From Malacoraja senta (Eukaryota), in contig CM076000.1 in NCBI GenBank assembly GCA_038087875.1, positions 1,550,001-1,614,000 on the forward strand: 64,000 nucleotides of DNA. Reading direction: 5' to 3'. Both the position numbers and the translations under genes were made by a program. The notes below the pieces were generated by a model that saw only the letters and a program-made list of their open reading frames with translations, made no database searches and was not told the origin of the DNA. Positions 47,345 to 60,183 of this stretch are shown here, one piece after another. Position 1 is the first letter of the stretch; every line of letters begins with the position of its first letter.

Positions 47345-49491
47345 CTGAATGGAAAAAAAGACAGAAAGTAAGACATTTTCATCATCAGCAAAAGGAATCC
47401 TCATGAACATAAGCAGATTTAAATGACACTGTTAAACACAAGATCATTTATTTTATCATGTTCAGTAAATTTGCAAATTTTTGTCTGAAATGCTACTATT
47501 TATTACTTTAGGTTCCTCCTTTTTAATTAGACCCTGGATTCTCCACATGTCTCAGATGTTTAATGTGTGCGCCATATTGACTTTTAGGTTATAATTTCTC
47601 CTGTTACCTGTTTATTTTGTCATGTCCACATCAAGGATTCTGGCAATCTTCTTGTATTGTTTAAATAAATCACAAAATGCTAGAAATACCTCGGCAGTTA
47701 GGTTGCTTTTTGTGGAGACATACACAAGAATGTTTCAGATATTGGCTATTTAATATTAACATTTAATTTTAGCCCTCTATTGACTGATCTGCTGACTTCT
47801 ATCAGCATTTTTAAAATCTTCTTTCAACATTCTAAGTCTTCCTCCTCTCTCACTCTTGATCATCCTTTGTGGATTTCTCCAAACACCTCATGCAATCCCC
47901 CCCTCTCCTCCACCACCCCCCCCCCCCCCCCCCAGTACCCCAATTTCAGGTTTACCCATCTTCCTCCTCTAATCTAATAGTTTCTTTAATTTTCTTAAAT
48001 TGACTATAATTATTCCTGTGGAGTTCTTTTCCAACAAGGGAATACCTATCCCTTAAAAAATAGGATTTATTTCTTTAAACGTTTGCTTTTATCTTCAGTT
48101 TCCCCTTTTAATCTAATTAGATGACCTTCAGTCATCCCACTACACATAGCTCCATATGACCCGAGTGTCATACTTAACCACATCATTAAATTTAGCACAC
48201 AAAAATATATATACTTCAGAAAGATGCATTACATAATTGAATAGTCATACACTCTTTCTAAAACAGCCTACTTCCAGGTTGGCTCCTTGATATCATCTGC
48301 TAGAAAATTAATTTATCAGCAGTTCTCATATGCTCTCCTCTTGTTATTTCTCAACTTTATGCAATTCAAATCTATATTCCGATTTTTTGCAAAATGTTTC
48401 TTTCTCAATATACCTTTATCATCCTTTATTATCAGAGTTCCTCTTTCTTATACCTGACCTCCTTTCTTATTTTACCAGATTTTTTTTAAAAGTACCCTGA
48501 CATTTATTTCATGATACTGGTCATCATGCAACCTGTTAATAATGGCTACATGATCAAGCCCACATACATCTCTATCTTTTTCATGATTTTTTTCTCTAAT
48601 ATGATTGCATCATAATAGTATGAAATAATATCTAATTAAAAAAAAATCTCCTCAGTCTTAACAGGTTCCTGTCCTTTCCAGACATAAACAGCTTGATTTT
48701 ATTAATTTTGCTATTCTGCTCTGTTTTTCTGTCCTCTAAATTCTTCCTTTAATAAAAGTTAAGATTCAGATCGTCAAACAATTAAAAAAGTAATTGCATG
48801 TTAATCAAGATTGTAATCACCCTATTAAACAATAATAAATGTTTAAATGGTCCAAATGAACCATTGCTTTTCCATATTAAAGGCTCCGATGAAAAGTGCT
48901 GTTTTAATAACCCCATATTATACAAATTATAATGGTTCTGTCCGATTTCCTCAATGGAGTTTAAGAGTCATAGGGAGCCTGGCATTGCTAGGAACAGCAG
49001 CACATGGCTGCCTGCAGGAGATCAAAATGGAGTTAAATGAAGTTTAATTTTTGTTGAAGGGTTCTGACCTGTAATGTCAACTATCCCTTTTCTCCAAAGT
49101 TGTTGCCTGACCCGCTGAGTAACTCCAGTATTTTGAGTCTATCTTTAATCATTGCTTTAAAAAAACCCATTATATGGCATTATTAAGTGATAGAAATGAA
49201 TGAATACATTCCTCTTCACATTAATCACGTCCATTACTAGAGATAAATTGATGGCCTCAATTGAATGCCCTAACTTAGTCCAGCAAGTGGTCCCGCACTG
49301 TATGGGATTTCCTGTATCGGAAAGGTACTTGTCCTTAGATAACTTTGATTCATGTATCAATTTCCCCACAAAACTAACGAAGGATGTTGCAATTGGGCTG
49401 GCAATCCTCAAGACAACTGCAGCTCCTTGAACGGGAGAAACTAATGAAGTAAACCGTGCAATCCCTAACCACCAACCAGATTTAAACATAA

Positions 49492-49625
49492 TGTGTAGGA
49501 AGGAATTGCAGATGGTGGTTTAAACCGAAGACAGACACAAAAAGCTGGAGTAACTCAGCGGGACTGGCAGCATCTCTGGAGAGAAGGAATGGATGACATT
49601 TCGGGTCGAGACCCTTCTTCAGACC
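49492..49625 (-). mobile_element. Penelope pLTR-derived repeat with hammerhead core
   Basis: - strand reads GTCTGAAGAAGGGTCTCGACCCGAAATGTCATCC. Confidence 0.8.
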
Positions 49626-49764
49626 TTCAGGTCATAGTTAATAAAATATTAGTCATATTAGTTCTGATATTTACTGCATCAAGCTTATGTAAACTAATAC
49701 ATCAATTAAAGACTACATAAAGCACCACTTTCTCAGCAAATTTTCTTTCCCGCTCATTTATGCA

Positions 49765-50067
49765 CAGGTACACCACCGATTTTCCAGCAACTGATGGTTC
49801 GACACCTCCTTTAATCCGGACATAATTACAAGAGCATTGCGTGTGGCGCACGCTCTTTCGGGACATGTGCCTACATGCTGAGTTAATTGTTTACTTCTTT
49901 GTTAATTGCCAATTCTTTATTTAAGTTTCTAGCAGTCCATGGTGCTTAACTAGTGGGTCAGAGGTGTATTGTTGAAGTATTATCAGGTGATCTCTGTTGG
50001 TCTGGCAAAATGGCTAATCCAGCAAGGCTCTGAAACCAAGGGTGCCAGAAAATCAATGATGTACCTG
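49765..50067. mobile_element. pogo/Tigger-like MITE
   Basis: CAGGTACACCACCGATTTTCCAGCA ... TGCCAGAAAATCAATGATGTACCTG-TA imperfect TIRs. Confidence 0.65.
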
Positions 50068-50121
50068 TATTTTGTTCACACTGTCACCCGTGGTTATGTT
50101 CACCTTATCTCTTAACCATAC

Positions 50122-50248
50122 CTCGTAAAAATAGGCAGCAGCCAATATTTTACTTGATCACCATACACTTGTTTGATATTTTTGCCAATTCCAAGACTAA
50201 ATCCATTTTTTTCAGGGCCATTTCGAAACACTGGTGCTCGGAAAGCCT
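50122..50248 (-). CDS. ZDHHC20: ZDHHC20 coding exon (EAFRAPVFRNGPEKNGFSLGIGKNIKQVYGDQVKYWLLPIFT)
   Basis: 127 nt; PaCCT-motif region of DHHC palmitoyltransferases; AG/GT bounded. Confidence 0.95.
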
Positions 50249-50453
50249 CTGGAGAGGGTGGAAAATGTATTTGGTTAACAGCAGTACAATATTGCTGCCA
50301 AGATTTAAAGTGAAAAGTTCTTGATGGTAACTGGTAAAAACACATAATTAGCATTGTTAGCCACCTTCTTTCCAGGCCATAACCATCAAAAGAGGCAGTC
50401 GAATATAATTGTTGTAACTTTGGAAATTTATTTGAGTAATTAAAGACACTTAC

Positions 50454-50586
50454 CTATGGTAGACCTGTTTTTGCTGACCAACCAGCAGTGGTAACTGAAG
50501 AGTGACAATAAACTGATGAAGAACATAGCCGCCACAAAGAAAAGAAACAGAACGTGGAATTTTGCATGTGTATCTGGCAAATCGCC
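50454..50586 (-). CDS. ZDHHC20: ZDHHC20 coding exon, TM4 and TTxE region ([44 protein letters not shown])
   Basis: 133 nt; [10 protein letters not shown]...SYHCWLV; gtaagt donor; synteny with SKA3/SAP18 favours ZDHHC20 over ZDHHC2/15. Confidence 0.95.
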
Positions 50587-51040
50587 CTATAAGAAGCAAA
50601 AATAATTTCAATAACATTAATATTTGTCATAAGCATAAGTGACTACTAAGTAATTTTCAATCCACTTTCTTTCAAATCTTTACCTCTGTTGCTAAACCTA
50701 ACTTTTTAACATTTATTTTAATATGTCATTGATCTTTGATATTTTCAGGTCTTCAGAAACATATTTTGTTGATAAACATTGAGATTATTATCCAATTTAT
50801 TTCAAGGATTGAAATTCTTGACTGCTTTCTCTGAGAAAATTGATGAAATTAAAAAACAATCACATCAATTATAGCAAGCCTGCCCATTTTCATTCCACCA
50901 GAACAGGTGGATAGTTCTGATCCAACCAATAATTATGGAATCTATGAGGTGTATCTATAATACTACTTATCAAACAAGATATATTCCAGGCTCAAGCAAG
51001 CCAATAGTTTTCTTCAACCATCATAATCTGGTTGCTGATA

Positions 51041-52877
51041 CAGTGCCCTCCAAAATGTTTGGGACAAAGACCCATCATTTATTTATTTGCCTCTGAACTC
51101 CACAATTTGAGATTTGTAATAGAAAAAATCACGTGGTAAAAAGTGCACATTGTAAGATTTTATAAAAGGACATTTTTATACATTTTGGTTTCACCATGTA
51201 GAAATTACAACTGTGTTTATACATAGTCCCCCCATTTCAGGGTACCATAATGTTTGGGACACATGGCTTCACAAGTGTTTGTAATTGCTCAGGTGTATTT
51301 AATTGCCTCCTTAATGCAGGTATAAGAGAGCTCTCAGCACCTAGTCTTTCCATCACCTTTGAAAAGTTGTATTGCTGTTTATCAACATGAGGACAAAGTT
51401 GTACCAAAGTTGTACCAATGAAAGTCAAAGAAGCCATTATGAGACTGAGAAACAATAATAAAACTGTTAGAGACATCAGTCAAACCTTAGGCTTACCAAA
51501 ATCAACTGTTTGGAACATCATTAAGAAGAAAGAGAGCACAGGTGAGCTTACTGATCACAAAGGGACTGGCAGGCCAAGGGTGACCTCCACAGCTGATGAC
51601 AGAAGAATTCTCTCTATAATAAAGAAAAATCCCCAAACACCTGTCCAACAGATTAGAAACACTCTCCAGGTGTGGATTTGTCAATGACCACTGACCGCAG
51701 AAGACTTCACGAACAGAAATACGGAGACTACACTCAGGGTCGCCAACATTGGGTGAGAGTTGGGAGTGAGATAGAGGATTTTAGACGGAGAGCTGCCAGA
51801 GGTGAGCGGGGGCCGGCAGAAGGCGCTGAGGTGGCGGCCGGTTCTGCTGTCCGGCCCGGCGGTCGCCACAGCCACCCGGACTACTTCTCCCCGCCTCAAT
51901 ACGGTAGTTCCGTGCAAGGAGCGTAGCAAGTGGCATTATCCCGATCCCCTCCTTCACAACATTCGTGCCCTCCCCGCAACTTTACCCCGGGCCAGACTCC
52001 CCAAACGCTGTGCAAGGAACTCTCCCCCCACCCCGGGAAATACGGTATTTAAAAACATCACCAAGAAATGTACTTACCACATCATTGGTACACAAGCTCC
52101 ATTCTTTTCTCTCTGTTTCCTAAGATACACTTAAAATAATGCAAATCCATATTTGAAAACCCCGCCAAGAAACTAGCGCTGCGCCTGCGCAGTAGGCTGC
52201 TGCGCCTGCGCAGTGCTGCAAAGGCAGAATTTCAGCTGCCTTCAGCCCCGTTTGAAATTGACGGCTTCAGGCAGCGGACGGCACGTGGGCTGCACAGACC
52301 TTCCCGTGTTACAAGCACTGCGGATGAAAGGCACGGAGAATTATGCCTACCTAAGAGATCGATCTATTAGATAGGCATAATTCTCCTATGCCTTTACTAT
52401 TTATATTTAGTTATTACCATTTTATAATTTTAGTCAGGGTAGGCAGTGCCTAACTTGCCTACCCTGACGGCACGTGCCTGCACTGCACACCTGGTACTAC
52501 TCCTGACCCCTACTCCAGTTGCATACCTTCTCACATTCCAGACCCCGAGTCCAGGCTTACACCTGGCCCCCTATTCTACCCTGATCATAGCTGCTTGCCT
52601 GCTTAGGTTCCCAGTGCTGAATACTCCCATTGTCCCAGCTTTGACTGCACACCTAGTACTATTCCAGACCTTGACTCTGGATGCACACTTGGCCTTGCTC
52701 CTAGCTCCTAGCTCCTCTGCACTGACAATATATCTGGCCCACACTTAAGCCTCATATCTGACCCCCTGGACTTAACCTATTATGTTCAAGTCCACAGGTG
52801 CTTATCTAATGCAGTAATAATACTGAGGCAAATAAATAAATGATGGGTCTTTGTCCCAAACATTATGGAGGGCACTG
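51041..52877 (+). mobile_element. Composite Tc1 (family B): left arm and transposase N-terminus to ~51735, ~1.1 kb foreign sequence, 53-bp right terminus
   Basis: TA-CAGTGCCCTCC at 51041; ORF 51418-51687 matches 26306-26782; GGAGGGCACTG-TA at 52877. Confidence 0.8.
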
Positions 52878-52881
52878 TATA

Positions 52882-53308
52882 GATGAAAACTGCAGTATGA
52901 CAAAGGTTAAGATAGCTGTACAGCACAACAACCTTTAGCCATTCATTGTCACACATCAACGTTCCTGATAGGTATTCATTGACGTACCCCAATGTTTTGG
53001 GATGGGTATTCCTTGACGCACACTACAAGGTTCTTGATATTGAAAATTAAGGATTGAATAGCATGTAGGTTTACTTGTATTAGTATTGCATTTGTATATT
53101 AATGTTTTGAGAATGCATTATTATTGATGATAAAAAATTAGAAAGCGTGCAATTTCAAGGGTCAATATCTGTATAAAACGTTGACCGTTCTGATTGGAAT
53201 TTCATAGTACAGTAACTGGGATTGTACTGATCTCCTTGTGCACAAGTAAATAAAGTGTGTCTGGAAAATTAATGCAAGTTATCAGAGTCCAGTTGATCGG
53301 CGACGACA
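52882..53308 (+). repeat. ERV 5' LTR
   Basis: Direct repeat of 58440-58868; TATA-like box, AATAAA, ends in CA; left edge approximate. Confidence 0.88.
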
Positions 53309-56300
53309 GTTTCTTGGCGGTTCCGCCTTTAGCTTCACTATACGGGAGAACGAAATTGAGCCCCGACGACAGGTCAGACCAGAGTCCGCGGCAGCTCATA
53401 TCTGAGCAACAAGACTGAACCTATCGCTGGAACGCAGATTTCTTCCTTTGTAGAGTAGTTGAAGTACGCCATCACCTTAGTCGCCGAAAGAGATATACGG
53501 GGCCAGTAAAGGGAATAGCAATTGCAGCGGGAGCTTTGGAACCCCCGTCAATGAGGAGTCGAAGGTTCAAGTCTTTGATTAGGTGACCTGTGGGTCCCAC
53601 GAAGAACATAGGAAGGAAGACCAATGTGGGTAAGAGTGGAAATTTTACATGTGAATGTGAATGAGTGTGATTGTTACTAAAATGACCCAGGCTCTCAGAG
53701 GGGATGCTAAAAGATATAAACAGAAATTGTTTAGAATCTCAAGACAAAATCTAATATTGTATTCATTAGTTATGATCAATTAGTAATGTTTAAGGCTTTA
53801 TATTCAGGCACACTGGTTGTGTAGTATCGGAGCAGAACATTGGAGGGTCTGCTGACTTTACCTAAAAACTGAACATATCAGAACAAAACAAAAACTATGG
53901 AATTCAACTCACAACTTTCACACAGAACACAGTGAACACACTGCTGAGAAAGCAGGCTTCCTTATCTGTGTGGGATGATTAGGATGTATCAAGTGCTTCC
54001 ATGTCATAAAGGGATTTTCACAGATCTGTTTGGGTTCTTGTTGGTTGTGGGCTGTTTGTGGGCTGTTGTGTCACTGTGTTCAACTGACTTATTTTCTGAC
54101 ATTTAACAATTTTTTGAATGAACTAACCCCATCAATTATCTGCAAACTCTTACAATTTGTAATTTGCGGACCAATCTGCCCCATCTGTCCCCTAGCTGAA
54201 CATGACGTACGGGCACCCCTTCAAAAGCGTGCACGTCAATCCGCAGTACAACTAACAGTCTTTAAAATCCAAGCCCTATAATAAATCAGAATTTGGAATT
54301 TGAGGTTTGGCAATGGTTGGAGTTTTGGTTGATGTGGGGGTGTTTCATTTTAAACATGTTGAACATTTACTTCATCGATAATTTCCAGCATCACTCTCCC
54401 TGTGACCACGTGGGTTTTCTCTAGGCGCTCCAATTACCTCCCACATCACAGACATGCAGGTTTGTAGATTTAAACTAGTGAGGTTAATTGGCTTTTGTAA
54501 ATTGTCCCTAGTATGTAGAATGGAACTAGTGTAAGGTACTGAGGTAAACTAAAAGGTATGGCATTTGTGTAATTTTGCTTTGCATGAGAGGAAGAGAAAA
54601 TGCATGAGTGAGTGCAAAGGCTGTTATACATTTGTTAAATTTGGGAGAATGTTGAATGAATCCTATGCTGCAGACGGAATAGGATTGAAAAATTCTGCTC
54701 ATCTGTTTTAAGAGGCAGTGTCTCTTTAAAGAAGTTGTGTGGAGGTGGAGCCACACATCAATCTTTTCTTTTCCTTTATTCTTTGGATTATGTGTTGGCA
54801 GTTTTCACTTGAAAATTATTGTTTTTCAAGTTATTTGTGAAGGTTCTAAAGTAAGAGCATGGAGTTTTGTCTTGTCCAATCTGTGATTTTTAAAAATATT
54901 TTTCTTTTAAATTGATTTGAGAGAGACCAGGCTTCCATGTGGAACCCAGTTGTTAGAAATATGAGTGTCTCTATTCCAGATATGAGATGCTTTCATTTCA
55001 GAAGGAAATTGGTACGTGGGAAAATTCTGATGAAAGTATATTTAAATTAGGAATTTGAAATTGGTATCTTAAGTGAGTAGAATGTTAGGGGAGCAATCTT
55101 TAAAGTTATTTCACTAACAATAATGTTTTATTTTCCGGAAGATTAAAAGGTTTTACGCAAGATTTGACATGCTAATTTTTAGTTTTGGTGTTTCTTAGTA
55201 AAAATTGTTTCAATGTAATCATACTTTCTTTGCAGATGTTCTTAATTATGCTGGAGAACACAAGTGTCAATCAAGTATGGACAGCAAATGATCCCAAGGG
55301 ACAATTTGTGCCAAAATTACTGGGGGGAGGCTGCAGGTCAAACAACTAAATGATACAGGGAGCAGTGAGGACAGTAGACAAACTGCTAAGGAAAATGAAA
55401 CCACAAATATCACTTCAAAAATGTTGTTGATAAATCATCTTGAATGGTTGTGGAATCAGGAAAGCAGAATGTGGAATTTTGTAGAAAGTTACTCAGCAAA
55501 GATCGCTGACCTAGATGTGAATGTCTTCTGATTAGATACTCAACCTATTGGATGTGACTCTGTTTTTGAACACTGCATTCTAGCAGAAAACGCTGGGTTT
55601 CACTTGCTTCAAATGACATTACAGGAAGATCCGATGGCTCGGATAGCATTGAGGATCAGTGCTGGTTCAATATGTAGACGACCTTTTAGCCTCTTGCAGC
55701 CTGTAAGCATCTGAGACTAATGGCCTTTCCCTTTTACTCCCTTTAGAGACTAAGGAACACAAGGTCTCAAGAGACAAACTGCAACTTTGTCAGCCTATGG
55801 AGCACCAGGTTCCTCCACTTCTTACGAGAGACCAGTGACACTGTCAAAATCAAATGAAGGGGGAAAGTGGATCCTTAGCCTGACTTTCTGTGCAAACACT
55901 AATGCAAAGCCTTTCCAGGTCCTGATGGAGATACCATTCTAGTACTGACCCTGTACATTCACTGAGTTGGGAGCTAACCCTCAAGATGATGTTGAAAAAT
56001 TCATTCATAAATTAGACAAACCGCACAAATGTCATACACCAACAAAAAGTGATATTGATGTGATCAATGCAATCCTTGAAAATGGTGAACTATTCAACCA
56101 AAATTTGATCAGGACAGTTATACGGAAACTGACACTGAGCTTTGGACTGCCTTGAAAGATGCATTATGGAAATACTATCCGTCTCTTGTAGACTGGAAGA
56201 TCTATTCTTTTGTTCAGATACACGGCAAGGTTGTTGGGGATTATGTTGATCATGTTTGAACACCTTTGTAAAATATTGGGGAATAGAATTATGAACAGGC

Positions 56301-56939
56301 AAGTCTGATTTAGTCAGTGCTCTTGTACACGGGTTGCAACCTCGTATTGGACAAATGTTCTGTGGAACTTGCATAGGATGGGGAAAAGAAAAAAAATGCA
56401 CAGGATGTTTTGCTTGTTTTATAACATAGTGCCAGGCCAAACAACAGCAGCAGAGACCCAGCGAGAAACCAGTAAGGATCCTGGTAGAGACATTTTAATT
56501 TGAAGGTCCTTGAACCCAAAGAGGAAGGATATTTGGAAGGGGAAGTGGAAGAGCTAGGTCACCAGGCAGGGGCAAGCAAAATAAATGTTTTTTTTTTTAA
56601 ATTGTGGTCAATGTAGACACTGGGTTAGTAGCTGCCTGCAACAATATATTTCAAACACTCGCCAAGGACACTATCTAATGTTTACAATAATTATGTAAGC
56701 CAGATCACCCCCACACCATGAATAACCCCTTCGGACCCAGTCAAATGATCTGTAATAATTTAAAAGCCATTCAGATGCCAGAGCACATACATTTGTGCAG
56801 CTGCCAGTCCAAACACCAGGACAGCAACCCTCCAGTGATTGCAGAATTCTATTCACCAGGCCTGGCCATGATGAAGTTAGAAATATGCAAGCTGCTGCCA
56901 ATGTATCCGAGTGCCAATTGGGGACTAATACCATCCCTC

Positions 56940-57755
56940 ATACAAATACCTAAATGTTTAGGGTTATAATTATATATGTTATTGTGTATTTGCTTTCTCG
57001 ATGGATAGAAGCCTATCCAACACTTAGAAATGATGCTGTAACTGTTGCTAAACTTTTATTACAAGTACTCATCCCTAGGTTTGGATTCCCTGAGAAGATA
57101 TCAAGTGACAATGGCCCACACTGTGCAAGGAAGGTGGTACTGGAACTGTCAAATGCTTTGCAGTACAAGCATCACTTCACCTGTCCTTACCATCCACAAT
57201 CAAATGGAGTGGCAAAATACAGTCGTGAAAAATAAATTGGCCAAATTATGTGAGGAGACTGGACTAAAGTGGCCAGATGTGTTTCTGCTGGCCCTCATGC
57301 CAATGCGTTATGCACCAAACCAAGTAATTGACCTATCTCGACATGAGGTAGTATTTGGGAACATCCCATGTGCTTACCAGTCACTCCTCCCCTCTCTGTC
57401 AAACAGATGGACATCAATACCATGAGCGGAGGCATGTTGCATTATTGTGTGGCACTAACATGAATTCTTAAGTTTCCATCAGCAGGTAATTGAAGCCCAG
57501 AAGGTCGTGACGACTGCGGAGTGGCATACCTACTAGCCAGGAAACTGGGCATTCGTGAAATCCTACCGACGGGAAAATTACCTCGAGCTCCTGTGGGAAG
57601 GTCCACACCAAGTGCTGCTGACTACGCATAGCTCCGTGAAGATTCAAGGGTCTATGCATAGACTTGGGTCTATGCATCGCATGTTAAACCCGTTGCACCA
57701 CTGGACCAGGAAACCAGTGGCAAGGAAAACTCCGGAGATAAGGACTTTTAAGTAA
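56940..57755 (+). pseudogene. ERV integrase remnant (frameshifted)
   Basis: ORFs 56954-57235, 57045-57425 and 57555-57755 carry rve core and GPY/F-like motifs. Confidence 0.9.
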
Positions 57756-57929
57756 TCACTATGCATGCTAGGCTTGGGATATTCTGGATCTTGTTTTTTG
57801 TTCGATACAATCAACACGTTTCGGGTCGAAGGGTCTCGACCCGAAACATTACCCATTCTTTCTCTCCAGAGATGCTGCCTTTCCTACTGAGTTACTCCAG
57901 CATTTTGTGTCTATGACAGGATACCAGCC

Positions 57930-58300
57930 GGGCCATTAAAGGCATTACGGCTGAGATGGTAGTGATTCGCACTGTGGCACCTCAGAACCGGTTAGCATCA
58001 CACTTCCTGTTGGCCAAGGAAGGTGGTACGTGTGCCGTTATTGGTCGGGGGTGTTGCACGTACATTCCCGCTGCATTGAATACATCACTGACTTGGCCGC
58101 ACACATCCAGAAGGAGGCCGACAAGGTCAAGAAGATTGGGAGGGAACTACACCAAAGCCCTTCTTCACCTTGGGAACTCTTCAGCTGGCTTCATTCCCGG
58201 CTGGGAGTTGAGGCAGCTCTATCATACAGTGGACGTTGGGGGCTTTGTTCCTACTGGTTGTAGCATTCGATTTAATCTAATGTTTAAAATCACTTTGTGG
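57930..58300 (+). pseudogene. ERV env transmembrane-subunit remnant
   Basis: Immunosuppressive-domain-like QNRLASHFLLAKEGG and CX6CC motif. Confidence 0.88.
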
Positions 58301-58439
58301 AGCTCAAAGAACAGCCCTTTCCATCATGATCCAACAACCGACCACCCCTGACATAATCACCACTGAGTTCCAGAAAGTCTGTGCTATCGAACTCTAGCAA
58401 AACCTTATGTTGTCCTTTACAGGACAAAAGGGGGCTAAG

Positions 58440-58868
58440 TGTGGAAGCTGCAGTATGACAAAGGTTAAGATAGCTGTACAGCACAACAACCTTTAGGCAT
58501 TCATTGACCCACATCAATGTTCCTGATAGGTATTCATTGACGTGTGGGTACTTCTGGGTATTTCTTGACGCACATAAGGTTCTTGATATTGAAAATTAAA
58601 TAAAGGATTAAATCGCATGTAGGTTTACTTGTATTAGTGTTATTGCATTTGTATATTAATGTTTTGAGAACGTATTGTTAATGATGATAAAAAATTCGAA
58701 AGCGAGCACAATTAAGGGTCAAAATCTATATAAAAGGTTAACCGTTCTAATTTGAATTTCAGAGCAGTACAGTAACTGGGATTGTACTGCTCTCCTTGTG
58801 CACAAGTAAATAAAGTGTGTCTGGAAAATTAATGCAAGTGGTCAGAGTCTAGTTGATCGGCAATGACA
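58440..58868 (+). repeat. ERV 3' LTR
   Basis: TG...CA; preceded by a polypurine tract. Confidence 0.92.
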
Positions 58869-59659
58869 GGTCCCTCAACAGACCGTCCTGAACACTATTT
58901 ATTTATTTTCCCCCCACCCTCCAACTGATACAGCCCTGAACACCAGCTGCTCCTTGACTCTCAATTAATGACTGGATTTCACCAATATGCCACAAATTCC
59001 TGCAGTCGTGCAGATTCCCCCCTGATCTTCTCTGCTTCTTCATCAACATTAGCCTTTGGAAACAAGTCTCTCTCCCAAAACACCTTTAATGGTGACTCAG
59101 GTCATTTGTAGGTCATTGCAAAGGACTTAAAGGATTCTTCCAATTAAATCCTACGGATCTTTTGCATAAGCTATTCCTGGCCTCTGGAAATGACAGCATC
59201 TCACTCCACAAAGAACTTCCCTCTTCTAAAATCTGGTCCATGCTATATTAGATTAGTCCAGTGTAACATCTGTAAAACATCTTTATAACAAATTCATACA
59301 ACTCATGCAAATACTTGTGTGGTCTGGAGACAGTAAGTATAATTGTTTTTTAAAATCTTCAACATGTGGTAAAAAGGAAGCAATGTCAGGAGTTCAACTG
59401 CTGAAATTGACCAGTATTAACAGATATCATGCCTGCAGCAATGAAAAGGGAAGTGACCACTAAACCAACTACTACCAGAAATTCCTGTAGAAACAAAGAA
59501 CTGCAGATGCTGGTTTACAAAAAAGGACACAAAGTGCAGCGGGTCAGGACCAGTTACTCTGGCACTTCTTGTGCAGCTTTGGAGAACTTTCAGTAACAGC
59601 AGCACAGGCACTGGAGAATGTACTCCTCGCTTTCACAGAGATCTTAGATAAAGCTCTAC

Positions 59660-60183
59660 GAACTTTCAACATCTGCAGTAAGATGCTGCAGATATTCTAC
59701 CAATGCCAGTGGCCAGTGCCATCTTCTTCGCTGTTGTGTGCTGGAGTAGCAGGATGAAGGCCGCAGATGACAACAGAATTAACAAGCGCATCAGGAAGGT
59801 TGACTCCGTCCTAGGATGGTGTTGGATTCACTGGAGATGGTCTTGGAGGGGAGGATGCTCCTCAAACTGAGGAGCATCTTGGACGATACAGCTCACCCCC
59901 TCCATGACACACTGGTCAACCTGAGCAGTACCTTCAACAAAAGACTGGTTCCACCAAGATGCAGCACAGAATTCCACAGGAGATCCTTTTTCCCCTGTGT
60001 CTATCAAACTCTATAACTCCTTCCCCTTCTGTCACGGGGTAGACTGACTCCCCTTCATCCCCCCCCCCCTCCCCAATCCTGGAGTTTCCACTCGTCACTT
60101 TAATTTCATGTATCTTGTTGTGTTTTATGACTGTTGGCAGACCAATTTCCCTCCTGGGATAAATAAAGTTATATCGTATCGTA
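59660..60183 (+). mobile_element. Rex1/Babar-type LINE 3' end
   Basis: KLRSILDDTAHPLH...PRCSTEFHRRSFFP; AATAAAG followed by a (tatcg)n tail. Confidence 0.82.

Larger units (their letters stand above)
52882..58868 (+). mobile_element. Internally deleted class I (gamma/epsilon-like) endogenous retrovirus, antisense to ZDHHC20
   Basis: Two similar ~427-bp LTRs; PPT at 58421-58434; gag remnants (LVSALVHGLQPRI; CxxCGQCRHWVSSC knuckle); integrase (SRWIEAYP, ISSDNG, PYHPQSNG, WEGPHQV); env TM (QNRLA...EGGTCAVIGRGCCTYIP). Confidence 0.93.

Noticed and set aside
49157..49489. 110-aa and 76-aa opposing ORFs
   Set aside because: No motif or splice support; lie between Penelope-derived repeats in an intron
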